NCBI GenBank assembly: GCA_964366485.1
Contig: CAYITZ010000001.1
Location: 1-43,501 of the forward strand
Direction: 5' to 3'
Origin: an uncultured Gammaproteobacteria bacterium
Lineage (GTDB): Bacteria > Patescibacteriota > Microgenomatia > UBA1406 > GWC2-37-13
Length of the DNA: 43,501 nucleotides
The translations under genes were made by a program, and so were the position numbers. Under the pieces are notes generated by a model that was not told where the DNA came from, made no database searches, and saw only the letters and a program-made list of their open reading frames with translations. How positions within the stretch are numbered: position 1 is the first letter of the stretch; each line of letters starts with the position of its first letter. Shown in pieces: positions 25,572 through 34,783 of this stretch.

Positions 25572-26166
25572 ATTGTTTCAGTATAGTATATTTATATTGT
25601 TCTATACCCTTAAATTCATCACCACTGAGGTGTTGAAACATATTTTCAATAAATCCCGAAATCATAATATGTTCTGACTTCTTTTTATCAACTCCCCTTG
25701 ATTGTATATAAAAAAGCTCCTGTTTGTTCAATTTGCCTGTTGTTGACCCATGAGTACAATAAACGTCATTGGCTAAAATCTCCAGGTCAGGTTTAGAACT
25801 GACAAATACGCTGGGTGATAAAAGGAGATTTTGATTTTTTTGATACGCATGAGTGCCCTGGGCCAATTTATCAATCCGTATCATGCCTTCATACAAGAAA
25901 ACCGACTCATCATCGAATACGCCCTTGATAAGAAGATTTGACTGTGAACTGGGAACACGATGATATTGGATTGTCTTCACTTTAAATGAATCTTTTTTAT
26001 GCCCTGTATATAATCCGTATATATCAAGATCAACACCTTTTTCCTGGATATCAAACACAAGCTCTCCTGAAAGATTATGAAAAAATACCATATATTTTCC
26101 AGGCTTTTCAAAAACTATGTGCTTCTCTGACCCCTCCTTTATGTGTTTAAATGTTACAAGTTTCAT
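25564..26166 (-). CDS. sufD: short SufD-like Fe-S assembly protein
   Basis: C-terminal beta-helix pattern SKPDLEILANDVYCTHGSTTGKLNKQELFYIQSRGV. Start is either ATG 26166 or GTG 26193 (track). Confidence 0.7.
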   Translation of the reverse strand: MKLVTFKHIKEGSEKHIVFEKPGKYMVFFHNLSGELVFDIQEKGVDLDIYGLYTGHKKDSFKVKTIQYHRVPSSQSNLLIKGVFDDESVFLYEGMIRIDKLAQGTHAYQKNQNLLLSPSVFVSSKPDLEILANDVYCTHGSTTGKLNKQELFYIQSRGVDKKKSEHIMISGFIENMFQHLSGDEFKGIEQYKYTILKQYA

Positions 26167-26182
26167 ATTACAAGTTAAATAA

Positions 26183-27580
26183 TTACCCCACACTCCCTGA
26201 CATTTCTAAATTGATCAAACGATTTAATTCAATTGAGTACTCAAGGGGAATCTCCTTCACAACCGGACTGATAAAGCCGTTCACTAAGAGCCCCTCGGCA
26301 TCAGGTTTACTAATACCGCGGGATTGCAGATAAAATAATTTCTCCTCACCGATCCGTTCAACCGTAGCCTCATGCTGGACCTCCACATCCTGCTCTTTGA
26401 TACGCATAGTGGGATAAGTGTCTGACCGGGAATCAGGATCAAGAAGTAACGCGTCACATGAAACATAGGATGAAGAATCTTTTGCACCCGGCATAATTTG
26501 CACGAGACCTCTATACGAAGTCCGACCCCCGTCTTTGGCAATGGATTTTGAAATGATTCTTGAAGAAGTATTTGGTGCAAAGTGAATCATCTTGGCCCCG
26601 GCGTCTTGATGTTGACCTTTCCCGGAATAGGCGATGGAAAGCACTTCACCACGAGCTCTTTCACCTTTTAGATAGACCGCCGGATATTTCATAGTTACCT
26701 GGCTTCCGAGGTTGCAATCAACCCATTCCATAATCGCATCCTCCTCGGCTACCGCCCGCTTGGTTACCAAATTAAAAACATTTTTGCTCCAATTTTGGAC
26801 GGTGGTATATCTCACCCTTGCATTCTTCTTCACAAATATTTCCACAACCGCACTATGTAGTGAACTTTTCGTATAGATAGGAGCGGTACATCCTTCAATA
26901 TAATGGACGTAAGATCCTTCCTCGGCGATGATGAGCGTTCTTTCGAATTGGCCAAAACGCTCAGCATTCATGCGAAAATATGCCTGAAGAGGAAGGTTTA
27001 CTTTCACTCCGCGGGGGATATAGACAAATGACCCCCCAGACCAGACTGAGGAATTGAGGGCCGCAAATTTATTATCCGTATAGGGAATCAATGTCCCAAA
27101 ATACTCTTTCACTAATTCAGGATGCTTGCGTAGACCGGTGTCCATATCACAAAAGATAACTCCTTTTTTTTCTAATTCTTTATGGATACTTTCATAAACC
27201 ACCTCAGATTCATACTGTGCACTCACCCCACTGAGGAACTTTTTTTCTGCTTCAGGAACTCCAATGCGATCGTAAGTATTTTTAATTTCATCCGGAAGTT
27301 CTTCCCAAGTCCCTACTTGCTTATCTGTTGCGCGGATAAAATAAGTGATATCATCAAAATTTATTTTGGAAAGATCCCCTCCCCATGGCGGCATCTTTTT
27401 TGAAAGGAAGTAGTGATATGCCTTTATACGGTACTCCAACATCCACGCGGGTTCAGATTTGAGTCCCGAGATTGCCCGTACAATGTCCTCTGATAGGCCT
27501 TTTTTGGCCGTGAAAACATTTTTTTGTGGCATCGAAAACCCATACTTATATTCAAATTCGAGAGACTCATCTTTAACCAT
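26183..27580 (-). CDS. sufB: Fe-S cluster assembly protein SufB
   Basis: 465 aa. RTLIIAEEGSYVHYIEGCTAP, KISKSIAKDGGRTSYRG and FYLQSRGI are highly typical of SufB. Confidence 0.95.
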   Translation of the reverse strand: MVKDESLEFEYKYGFSMPQKNVFTAKKGLSEDIVRAISGLKSEPAWMLEYRIKAYHYFLSKKMPPWGGDLSKINFDDITYFIRATDKQVGTWEELPDEIKNTYDRIGVPEAEKKFLSGVSAQYESEVVYESIHKELEKKGVIFCDMDTGLRKHPELVKEYFGTLIPYTDNKFAALNSSVWSGGSFVYIPRGVKVNLPLQAYFRMNAERFGQFERTLIIAEEGSYVHYIEGCTAPIYTKSSLHSAVVEIFVKKNARVRYTTVQNWSKNVFNLVTKRAVAEEDAIMEWVDCNLGSQVTMKYPAVYLKGERARGEVLSIAYSGKGQHQDAGAKMIHFAPNTSSRIISKSIAKDGGRTSYRGLVQIMPGAKDSSSYVSCDALLLDPDSRSDTYPTMRIKEQDVEVQHEATVERIGEEKLFYLQSRGISKPDAEGLLVNGFISPVVKEIPLEYSIELNRLINLEMSGSVG

Positions 27581-27588
27581 AGGAATAA

Positions 27589-28299
27589 TTACAACTTTTC
27601 AAATCCTTTTTCTTCAATGACGCTCAGGAGCTCTTTCCCCCCCTCCTTTACCAGACTGCCCTCTTTGAGGATAATTACTTTGTCCGGGGAGATGTATTTT
27701 AAAATACGTGAATTATGAGTGATGAAGATAATCGTTCTATTTTTTTTGAATGTTTTCATGAAGGTTGAAATTGTCTTCAAAGCATCCACGTCTACCCCCG
27801 TATCTACCTCATCAAATATGGCAACTTTCGGTTTGAGAACTGCCGCCTGGAGCACCTCAATCTTTTTGCGCTCACCTCCCGATGAACCTTCGTTTAAAGA
27901 ACGCTCAAGGATGTCTGTTCTTATTTTTAATTTTTTTGCTTCCCGGATCACTTCTTTTTTTAATTCGAAAGCGTCTTGTTTTCCCGCAAGGGCAACACGA
28001 AGGAGTTGAAATACGGTTACTCCTTGTAAAGAAAGAGGTGATTGAAAGGAGAGAAATACTCCCGTTTTAGCTCGCTTATCAGGGGATAAATCCGTAATGT
28101 TTTCTTTATTTAGGAAAATCTTACTTTTTTTGTCCAATGAATAGTGAGGATGTCCCATAATACAGTTTGCCAGAGTAGACTTCCCGGAACCATTCGGACC
28201 CATGATGACGTATACTTTGTCATCCTTAAAGTTATAAGAAAAATCTTGGAGGATAGCCTTCCTTTGCACGCGAGCCGTAAGATTTTTAATATCAAGCAT
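27589..28299 (-). CDS. sufC: Fe-S cluster assembly ATPase SufC
   Basis: Walker A GPNGSGKST, ABC signature LNEGSSGGERKK, Walker B VAIFDEVDTG. Confidence 0.95.
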   Translation of the reverse strand: MLDIKNLTARVQRKAILQDFSYNFKDDKVYVIMGPNGSGKSTLANCIMGHPHYSLDKKSKIFLNKENITDLSPDKRAKTGVFLSFQSPLSLQGVTVFQLLRVALAGKQDAFELKKEVIREAKKLKIRTDILERSLNEGSSGGERKKIEVLQAAVLKPKVAIFDEVDTGVDVDALKTISTFMKTFKKNRTIIFITHNSRILKYISPDKVIILKEGSLVKEGGKELLSVIEEKGFEKL

Positions 28300-28301
28300 G
28301 G

Positions 28302-28700
28302 TTAAAATAATTCGACGAGTTTTGTTTTTTTAAGCTGTTGTAATACTACATCATTCAATTTTGTTCTTACTCCAACTTGATGCGTGCAAATTTTTTCATA
28401 CTTGCATTTTGCTTTCGTACTCTTCAAGCACTTTAAAAAATCCATATTCGTCTCAAAAATGCATAGAAAATCATATAGTGAGATCGAGTCAATATTTGGG
28501 GATAAAACATACCCCCCAACTCGACCCTCACGACTGATGAGCAGTTTATTACTGACGAGCGTGGCGGCTATGCGAGCTAAAAATCGGCGGGGAAGATCGG
28601 TATTTTCAATAAGCTCAGAAAGCGGGACAAAGTCCTTTTTACCTATGAGTTGGGATATAATGATGAGCGCGTAATCTGATTTTTTACTGAGTGTTAACAT
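28302..28700 (-). CDS. Rrf2-family transcriptional regulator (IscR/SufR-like role)
   Basis: LSKKSDYALIIISQL...RRFLARIAATLVSNKLLISREGRVGGYVL wHTH, plus a C-terminal Cys triad (CLKSTKAKCKYEKIC). First gene of the suf operon. Confidence 0.85.
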   Translation of the reverse strand: MLTLSKKSDYALIIISQLIGKKDFVPLSELIENTDLPRRFLARIAATLVSNKLLISREGRVGGYVLSPNIDSISLYDFLCIFETNMDFLKCLKSTKAKCKYEKICTHQVGVRTKLNDVVLQQLKKTKLVELF

Positions 28701-28737
28701 GTACCTTAATTGTAGTAGTTTAAATACAATTTTTCAA
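28701..28737 (-). promoter_or_regulatory. rrf2-suf promoter (TTGAAA-17-TACAAT) with an embedded inverted repeat AATTGTA-N10-TACAATT
   Basis: Minus strand: -35 at 28737-28732, -10 at 28714-28709, ATG 8 nt downstream. The inverted repeat (28708-28731) covers the spacer and the -10. Confidence 0.5.
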
Positions 28738-28790
28738 GTCTAAATAGAGACATACAAAATTTAGGCGGTGATTCCACAATTACTCCGAAG

Positions 28791-29318
28791 TTATCGAGGC
28801 TTCCTTCTCCTTATACCAATTCTTATTGTCCCTCTATTCATATTAGAACCTGTCTCCCTGATAACTTTATCAACCAAAATTGCACTTACATTGGGAGGAA
28901 TAAGTTTTGGCCGGATTACGCTGAGGTCTAAACAAAGTTTTGTACCCATTGGACAAATATCTCCTTCACGCACAATTTGCTTTACTGCAACTTTTGATAA
29001 ATTCACAGCTAAGGCTTCTTCTTGTGGGGTACTTTCCTCTTTCGCCATGTGAGTTAAAACATCTTCTATATCACCTGCCAATACCTGAACCTCCCTAAGT
29101 TTATTAAATCCAATTGCTATTGAGCCAATTATTTGTAATATGCTTAAGTTTGTGTCCAAGTCGAGCACTCTTTCCATTAATGTTAGTCCATCTGGGTATG
29201 GCCCGTCAAGTTTCATTGATCTAAGCAAATCTTCAACGGATATTTGAGGCATACTACCCTCTCTTACCCGTGCAAGATCACTACTTAATAGATTGAGTGG
29301 TGAAAGCCGATCAGACAT
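28791..29318 (-). CDS. hypothetical protein (175 aa), basic C-terminal tail
   Basis: Long ORF in the operon orientation. I recognise no motif. Two TATAAT hexamers lie 0 and 10 nt upstream of the ATG. Confidence 0.55.
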   Translation of the reverse strand: MSDRLSPLNLLSSDLARVREGSMPQISVEDLLRSMKLDGPYPDGLTLMERVLDLDTNLSILQIIGSIAIGFNKLREVQVLAGDIEDVLTHMAKEESTPQEEALAVNLSKVAVKQIVREGDICPMGTKLCLDLSVIRPKLIPPNVSAILVDKVIRETGSNMNRGTIRIGIRRRKPR

Positions 29319-29378
29319 ATTATAGGATATTATACTAAAGTAATCCCCATTTTTAATAAAGATATTTGAGAATTTGAC

Positions 29379-30422
29379 TTACGTGGTAAGAGGAAAGCGA
29401 GGGAGGCGGTCAAAGGTATCAAAGTTTTCAACAAATATTCGTTTTTCCGCTTTGTAATGCGCGGCGACCCCAATCATAGCGGCATTATCTCCCGTTAAAT
29501 AGGGATACGGAGGAAATAGTATTGACCCTTTATGTTTTTTTATAAGTCTCCTGAATTTATTTCGCAGATATTTATTAGCAATTACTCCCCCGCCTACTAT
29601 AATATTTTTTATTCCCGTTTGTTTCATCGCATCTTCCGTTTTTTTGATGATAGTGTCAAATACCGCCTCCTGAAATGAACTTGCGACCAGTTTTATTTTA
29701 TCGACTTTTTCCTTTTCCGGCATTTTTTTTAAAAAGTAAAACAGTGACGTTTTCAAACCTGAAAAAGAAAATTGCAAGTTTTTACTGTGCAACATGGGGC
29801 GGGGAAAATGATAGGTATCAATATTTTTGACTTCCTGAGCTAGACGTTCAATCACTGCACCGCCCGGATAACCAAACCCGAGCATGCGAGCCGCTTTGTC
29901 CAAGGCCTCCCCCGCCGCATCATCTATCTTTTCTCCAAGTATTTCATACGTAATGTGATCTTTCATAAGTACGATGTCCGTATGGCTTCCGGAAATAATA
30001 AGCGCAAGACAGGGAAAAGAAAATTCCCGCTTCGGATTACCTTTACTATTCTGCACATGCGAGGAATAAATATGCCCCTCCAGATGATTCACGGGAATGA
30101 TTTTTTTATCATATTTCAACGCTAGTTCTGTTGCCTTTTTCATGCCCACCTCAAGCGCCATTGCCAATCCCGGACCTTGGGTAACGGCAATATAGTCTAT
30201 GTGTTTAAATGCTTGGGATCCGAGTTTGCTCTTCCTTACCGCCTCCTCAACTACAAAATCAATTCTTTCTTCATGGGCTCTTTTTGCAAGTGAGGGGACA
30301 ACCCCTCCCCATTTTTTATGAATAAGAACTTGAGAATATATGACATTTGAAAGTACTCTTCGCCCCTCAGTTATGGCACACGCCGTCTCATCACAAGATG
30401 TGTCAATTGATAGGATTACCAT
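29379..30422 (-). CDS. tsaD: tRNA N6-adenosine threonylcarbamoyltransferase TsaD
   Basis: ILSIDTSCDETACAI, VNHLEGHIYS, GVAAHY-type C-terminus. Confidence 0.9.
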   Translation of the reverse strand: MVILSIDTSCDETACAITEGRRVLSNVIYSQVLIHKKWGGVVPSLAKRAHEERIDFVVEEAVRKSKLGSQAFKHIDYIAVTQGPGLAMALEVGMKKATELALKYDKKIIPVNHLEGHIYSSHVQNSKGNPKREFSFPCLALIISGSHTDIVLMKDHITYEILGEKIDDAAGEALDKAARMLGFGYPGGAVIERLAQEVKNIDTYHFPRPMLHSKNLQFSFSGLKTSLFYFLKKMPEKEKVDKIKLVASSFQEAVFDTIIKKTEDAMKQTGIKNIIVGGGVIANKYLRNKFRRLIKKHKGSILFPPYPYLTGDNAAMIGVAAHYKAEKRIFVENFDTFDRLPRFPLTT

Positions 30423-31465
30423 ATTCGGATTTCCCTTTCTTTTTCGTTAATATATTTCATCCCAACATGAATTACTTCTCCCTTACTTTTCAATAAATCA
30501 TAGAGCTCTCCCGCTTTTTCTCCCCACTCAATGAATAGGATATTTCCGGGTTTGATATATGCTTCGAGTCCAAGATATTTAAATTCGTCAGATTCTTCGA
30601 TATTAAACAAATCGCAGTGAACGAGACGTTCAAGTCCCCATTTTTTTACTTCATATTCGCATGAGATTACATAGGTCGGAGAAGTAACGTTTTTAATATC
30701 AAAAAGTCGCCCAACACCTTTTACAAACACCGTCTTCCCCACCCCCATGTCTCCATCAAGGATAAAGACGAGTGGTTTATTCAGTTTTTTGTCCAGATGT
30801 TTTTTCACCATGAATTGTGCAATTCTTTCTGTTTCATGAGCACTTTGCGAAGTAAATGTTTCGTGATCTTTGACACCTAAGTCTCCCCTCCTCATAATTT
30901 TAATTTCCGGAGTTTTTAAGTCTATGACGGTTGAGGGTTTATTCCGAGGCAGTTTCCCCCCGTCGACGATGAGGTCAATCATGTCTTTTTTTGAGTCGGG
31001 AAATTCGCGAAGTAACGTATCGATAGAATAGTGAGCGGGGCGTCCTGATATATTTGCGCTTGTTGCTGTGACAGGTCTTCCCAGTTTTTTTACTAATTGA
31101 AAAATGGGTGGAAAGTCGGGAATGCGAATACCTAGCGTTCCTCGTTCTGATTCCAATTGAATTTCGGTCTTGTGTTTTGAATTAAGTATGACGGTAAAAG
31201 GGCCGGGGAGAAGTTTGTTGAGTAACAATCTATTCTTACCTACGCTTACATATTCTTCCGACATTTTCATATCAGAAACAAACACAGAAATCGGTTTACC
31301 GAGGGGCCTATTTTTAAAACCAATAAGTTTTGCGACCGCTTTTTTATTTGTTGAGTCTACAAGCGCCCCATATACGGTGTCTGATGGAAATATGACAAGA
31401 CCACCCGATTGCAGGACTTTTATACTTTCATGAATTGCTGTCTCATCTAGGGGGATTGTTCTCAT
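30416..31465 (-). CDS. fusion of TsaC/Sua5 (YrdC domain) with TsaE (YjeE ATPase)
   Basis: N-terminal half: GGLVIFPSDTVYGALVD ... IRIPDF...ATSANISG...STVIDL (YrdC fold). C-terminal half: LDGDMGVGKT (Walker A), VTSPTYVISCEY (SPTF signature), LVHCDLFNI (HxDLYR-like). Confidence 0.8.
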   Translation of the reverse strand: MRTIPLDETAIHESIKVLQSGGLVIFPSDTVYGALVDSTNKKAVAKLIGFKNRPLGKPISVFVSDMKMSEEYVSVGKNRLLLNKLLPGPFTVILNSKHKTEIQLESERGTLGIRIPDFPPIFQLVKKLGRPVTATSANISGRPAHYSIDTLLREFPDSKKDMIDLIVDGGKLPRNKPSTVIDLKTPEIKIMRRGDLGVKDHETFTSQSAHETERIAQFMVKKHLDKKLNKPLVFILDGDMGVGKTVFVKGVGRLFDIKNVTSPTYVISCEYEVKKWGLERLVHCDLFNIEESDEFKYLGLEAYIKPGNILFIEWGEKAGELYDLLKSKGEVIHVGMKYINEKEREIRIW

Positions 31466-31471
31466 TATGTG

Positions 31472-31501
31472 TTGTCAATTCTACCAAAAATCTGCTAAAA
31501 T
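31472..31501 (+). promoter_or_regulatory. ftsH promoter; predicts a leaderless mRNA
   Basis: TTGTCA (31472-31477), 18-nt spacer, TAAAAT (31496-31501). The ATG at 31508 is only 6 nt after the -10. No SD. Confidence 0.4.
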
Positions 31502-31507
31502 GTTCCC

Positions 31508-33403
31508 ATGATAAATAAAAAAAACGGGAAAGAGGTTAAGAAAAATGATATTAAAAAGATAGCCCAATTTAAACTCAATTTCGACTTAAAAAACATGTTT
31601 TTTATCTTCTTCATCGTCCTTTTTCTCTTTTTTGCTTATCAGTCTATTTCAAAAGAAGTAAAACAGGCACTGCCTGAGAAGTCAATTACTACCGTGGTAC
31701 AAGATATTAAGGATAAAAAAGTAAAAAGCGTAGAAATTGTTGATAATAAGGTTCTCCTTTTTTATAAAGATAATTCCCTTGGTGTTTCCTACAAAGAACC
31801 GAGCGATAGCTTTCGTAAAATACTTCTTGACGCAGGAGTAAATCCAAACAATGCTCAGATTGAGGTTAAAGATACTCAGGGCTCAAATGGACTTATCAAT
31901 TTTCTTAGTAATATTATACCCACCATTCTTATGGTTGGGTTTTTCATTTTCTTATTTAAGCAAGCGCGGGGCGCGCAAGACTCGGTTTTTTCATTCGGTC
32001 AATCCCGCGCCAAGAGATTTAATAAGGATTTGCCAAAGACTACCTTTAAAGATGTTGCAGGAGTCGATGAAGCAAAAAAAGAACTTGAAGAAATCGTCGA
32101 TTTCTTGAAAAATCCCGAAAAATATAAAAAACTTGGCGCTAGGACTCCCAAAGGAGTTATGCTGGTTGGGCCTGCCGGGTGCGGAAAGACACTATTAGCT
32201 CGGGCGGTGGCCGGTGAGGCAAACGTTCCTTTTTTTTCAATCGCGGGATCTGAATTCATGGAGATGCTCGTTGGTATTGGTGCGGCACGTGTCCGTGATC
32301 TATTTGCAACGGCCAAAAAGAGCGCACCATCCATTATATTCATAGATGAAATTGATGCAATCGGTCGCGCCCGGTCAGTTGGAGCTATGCCCTCCCATGA
32401 CGAACGGGAACAAACACTCAACCAAATCCTAGTTGAAATGGACGGGTTTACTTCAAATGAGCAAACGATTGTAATAGCCGCAACAAACAGGGGAGATCTT
32501 CTAGATACCGCCCTTCTTCGTCCCGGGCGTTTTGATAGGCGCATCATTGTGGACTATCCGGACGTGGATGGACGTAAAGACATCATGAAAATCCATGCAG
32601 AAGGTAAGCCTTTTACCAAAGAAGTCGATTGGGATAAAGTTGCCAAAAGAACGGTAGGATTTTCAGGTGCTGATTTAGAAAACATGTTGAATGAGGCGGC
32701 TATTTTTGCGGCCCGTCATGCAAAAGTTGACATTGACATGAGTGATATTGAAGAGGCGGCAACGAAAGTAAAAATGGGACCGGCCAAAAAACGAATTCAA
32801 TCGGATATGGATAAAAAGCTTACTGCCTATCATGAAGCAGGTCATGCAATTGTAAGTCACTTTCTCCCCCACACCGATCCTGTGCATCGCATATCCATTG
32901 TATCGCGAGGTATGGCACTTGGATATACCCTTATACCCCCCGCAAAAGATAAATTACACGAAACTAAAACACATTTATTAGAAGAAATAGCAGTTATGAT
33001 GGGAGGGCGAGCGGCTGAATTGACCATCTTTAACGAAGTTACAACCGGTGCTTCAAATGATTTTGATCAATCTACACGTATAGCAAAAGCTATGGTGGTT
33101 GAATATGGTATGAGTGAACTGGGTCCTATAAATTTTGGACCTACGATGGATGTGACCGAATGGGGTAAAACCTATTACGAGCAAAACACAGTATCTCAAG
33201 AAGTTCTTGCCAAGATTGACGCATCTGTTAAACAAATTTTACAAACAGGCTACGATAAAGCAGTGCACATGGTCAAAGAAAAAAGAGAATTACTTGATAA
33301 AGTTGCGAAAGAATTGCTCAGCAAAGAAAGTCTTGACCAAGAAGAATTTGAAAAGATTGTAGGAAAGAAAGAAGCGATCGAATCGCTCGCCATTCAGGAT
33401 TAA
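31508..33403 (+). CDS. ftsH: ATP-dependent zinc metalloprotease FtsH
   Basis: GPAGCGKTLLARAVAGE, IIFIDEIDA, SRH region, zinc site HEAGHAI. Confidence 0.95.
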   Translation: MINKKNGKEVKKNDIKKIAQFKLNFDLKNMFFIFFIVLFLFFAYQSISKEVKQALPEKSITTVVQDIKDKKVKSVEIVDNKVLLFYKDNSLGVSYKEPSDSFRKILLDAGVNPNNAQIEVKDTQGSNGLINFLSNIIPTILMVGFFIFLFKQARGAQDSVFSFGQSRAKRFNKDLPKTTFKDVAGVDEAKKELEEIVDFLKNPEKYKKLGARTPKGVMLVGPAGCGKTLLARAVAGEANVPFFSIAGSEFMEMLVGIGAARVRDLFATAKKSAPSIIFIDEIDAIGRARSVGAMPSHDEREQTLNQILVEMDGFTSNEQTIVIAATNRGDLLDTALLRPGRFDRRIIVDYPDVDGRKDIMKIHAEGKPFTKEVDWDKVAKRTVGFSGADLENMLNEAAIFAARHAKVDIDMSDIEEAATKVKMGPAKKRIQSDMDKKLTAYHEAGHAIVSHFLPHTDPVHRISIVSRGMALGYTLIPPAKDKLHETKTHLLEEIAVMMGGRAAELTIFNEVTTGASNDFDQSTRIAKAMVVEYGMSELGPINFGPTMDVTEWGKTYYEQNTVSQEVLAKIDASVKQILQTGYDKAVHMVKEKRELLDKVAKELLSKESLDQEEFEKIVGKKEAIESLAIQD

Positions 33404-33406
33404 CCT

Positions 33407-34336
33407 ATGGAAAAATTGCTTCTGGTAGACGGAAATGCCCTTATGCACCGGGCATATCATGCTCTACCTCCTTTTAAAACTTCAAAAGGTGTTCCCACCC
33501 ATGTCCTGTATGGGTTTCTTTCGATGTTGTATAAAGCAGTTATAGACTTCCAACCCCAACATCTTCTCGTTTGTTTTGACACTCCCGCTCCCACATTTAG
33601 AAATAAATTGTTGGAAACATACCAAGCACAGCGTCCCAAAATTGACGACGATTTTATCGTACAAATCCCTTTTGTAAAAGATGCCCTCGATGCCGGTGAT
33701 ATAGTTCACATGGAAAAAGATGGGTACGAGGCAGATGACTTGATTGGCACCATCGCCTATCACTACAAGGATAAAGGGAAGCAAGTATTTATTTTGTCAG
33801 GAGATAAAGATCTCCTGCAACTTGTTGGTGAAAACATTTATGTGATATCTCCTCAAATCGGTTTTGCGAAAACAAAACTGTACTCCCCCGCCGAGGTTAA
33901 AGAAAAACTAGGAATTGAACCAAATCAAATCCCTGATTATAAGGCAATTGCAGGTGATCAATCAGATAATTATATTGGTGCCAAAGGAATCGGCCCAAAG
34001 ACTACCGTAAAACTTCTTACTGAGTATAAAACGCTCGATAATCTTCTGTCTGGAATTAAATCGATGGAGGAGGGAAAGGTAAAGACTATTTTGCAGGAAC
34101 ACAAAAAGGACATCGTTATCGCAAAAAAATTATCAACAATCGTCACCGATGTTCCCCTAGATTTTGATATTGATGAAACACATTTTTCCTGGTTTGATGA
34201 AGGTCTTAAAATATATTTAACCGGTTTTGAGATGTATTCTATGATAAAGAGAATTTTTGAAAGAAAACAGGCGATTGTTAATAAAACTGAGCCTAAAATA
34301 AAAGAGGAGCTAAAACCTCAGTTAAGCTTGTTCTAG
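33407..34336 (+). CDS. stand-alone 5'-3' exonuclease / flap endonuclease (Pol I N-terminal domain homolog)
   Basis: LLLVDGNALMHRAYHALP, EADDLIGT, SGDKDLLQL, GIGPKTTVKLL (H3TH). 309 aa with no polymerase domain. Confidence 0.85.
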   Translation: MEKLLLVDGNALMHRAYHALPPFKTSKGVPTHVLYGFLSMLYKAVIDFQPQHLLVCFDTPAPTFRNKLLETYQAQRPKIDDDFIVQIPFVKDALDAGDIVHMEKDGYEADDLIGTIAYHYKDKGKQVFILSGDKDLLQLVGENIYVISPQIGFAKTKLYSPAEVKEKLGIEPNQIPDYKAIAGDQSDNYIGAKGIGPKTTVKLLTEYKTLDNLLSGIKSMEEGKVKTILQEHKKDIVIAKKLSTIVTDVPLDFDIDETHFSWFDEGLKIYLTGFEMYSMIKRIFERKQAIVNKTEPKIKEELKPQLSLF

Positions 34337-34367
34337 CTAGTAACTATTAACTAATAACTATCAACTA
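34333..34367 (+). repeat. five tandem 7-bp units (CTAGCTA GTAACTA TTAACTA ATAACTA TCAACTA)
   Basis: Read directly from the sequence. The array spans the exonuclease stop codon (34334-34336) and ends on the A of the next ATG (34367). Confidence 0.8.
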
Positions 34368-34783
34368 TGATTATAACTCCCGATCTTAAACAAAATATTT
34401 TTTACACCCTCTACTTTACCATCACTCATAACGCCCTTGCCCTGTTTTATTTTTGCGGCATTATCTTTGCAGTTGGTTTGTCTCTTTACCGCCCGTCAAG
34501 AAAATCAATTTTATTACTCCTTGGATTCAGCCTTCTCTTATTTGGATTTGAATACAACAAGCATATTCTCGAAGGCCTGCGGGAACAAACGCTTAATGCT
34601 CTTATTACCATACAAGAACATAATAAAGTGAGAAGAATAATCAATATTATTACTCTGAAACTTCTCCCCTTCTTCCTCCCCGTGGTGGGCTGGGGTTTAG
34701 TGCTTATTTCGGGATCGTTATATCTCTTTAATCACAAACAAGGAAGTAGGGGTGTGAGGAAAGGAAGGGAAAGTAGTATATGA
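34367..34783 (+). CDS. hypothetical membrane protein (138 aa)
   Basis: Three to four hydrophobic segments. ATGA overlap with the next gene. Confidence 0.55.
   Translation: MIITPDLKQNIFYTLYFTITHNALALFYFCGIIFAVGLSLYRPSRKSILLLLGFSLLLFGFEYNKHILEGLREQTLNALITIQEHNKVRRIINIITLKLLPFFLPVVGWGLVLISGSLYLFNHKQGSRGVRKGRESSI

Noticed and set aside
31999-32547. 182-aa minus-strand ORF inside ftsH (similar cases: 11641-12021, 2481-2876, 22675-22959, 27719-28009)
   Set aside because: These are antisense shadows of strongly supported genes. Their Arg/Ser/Pro-rich composition is typical of non-coding frames.
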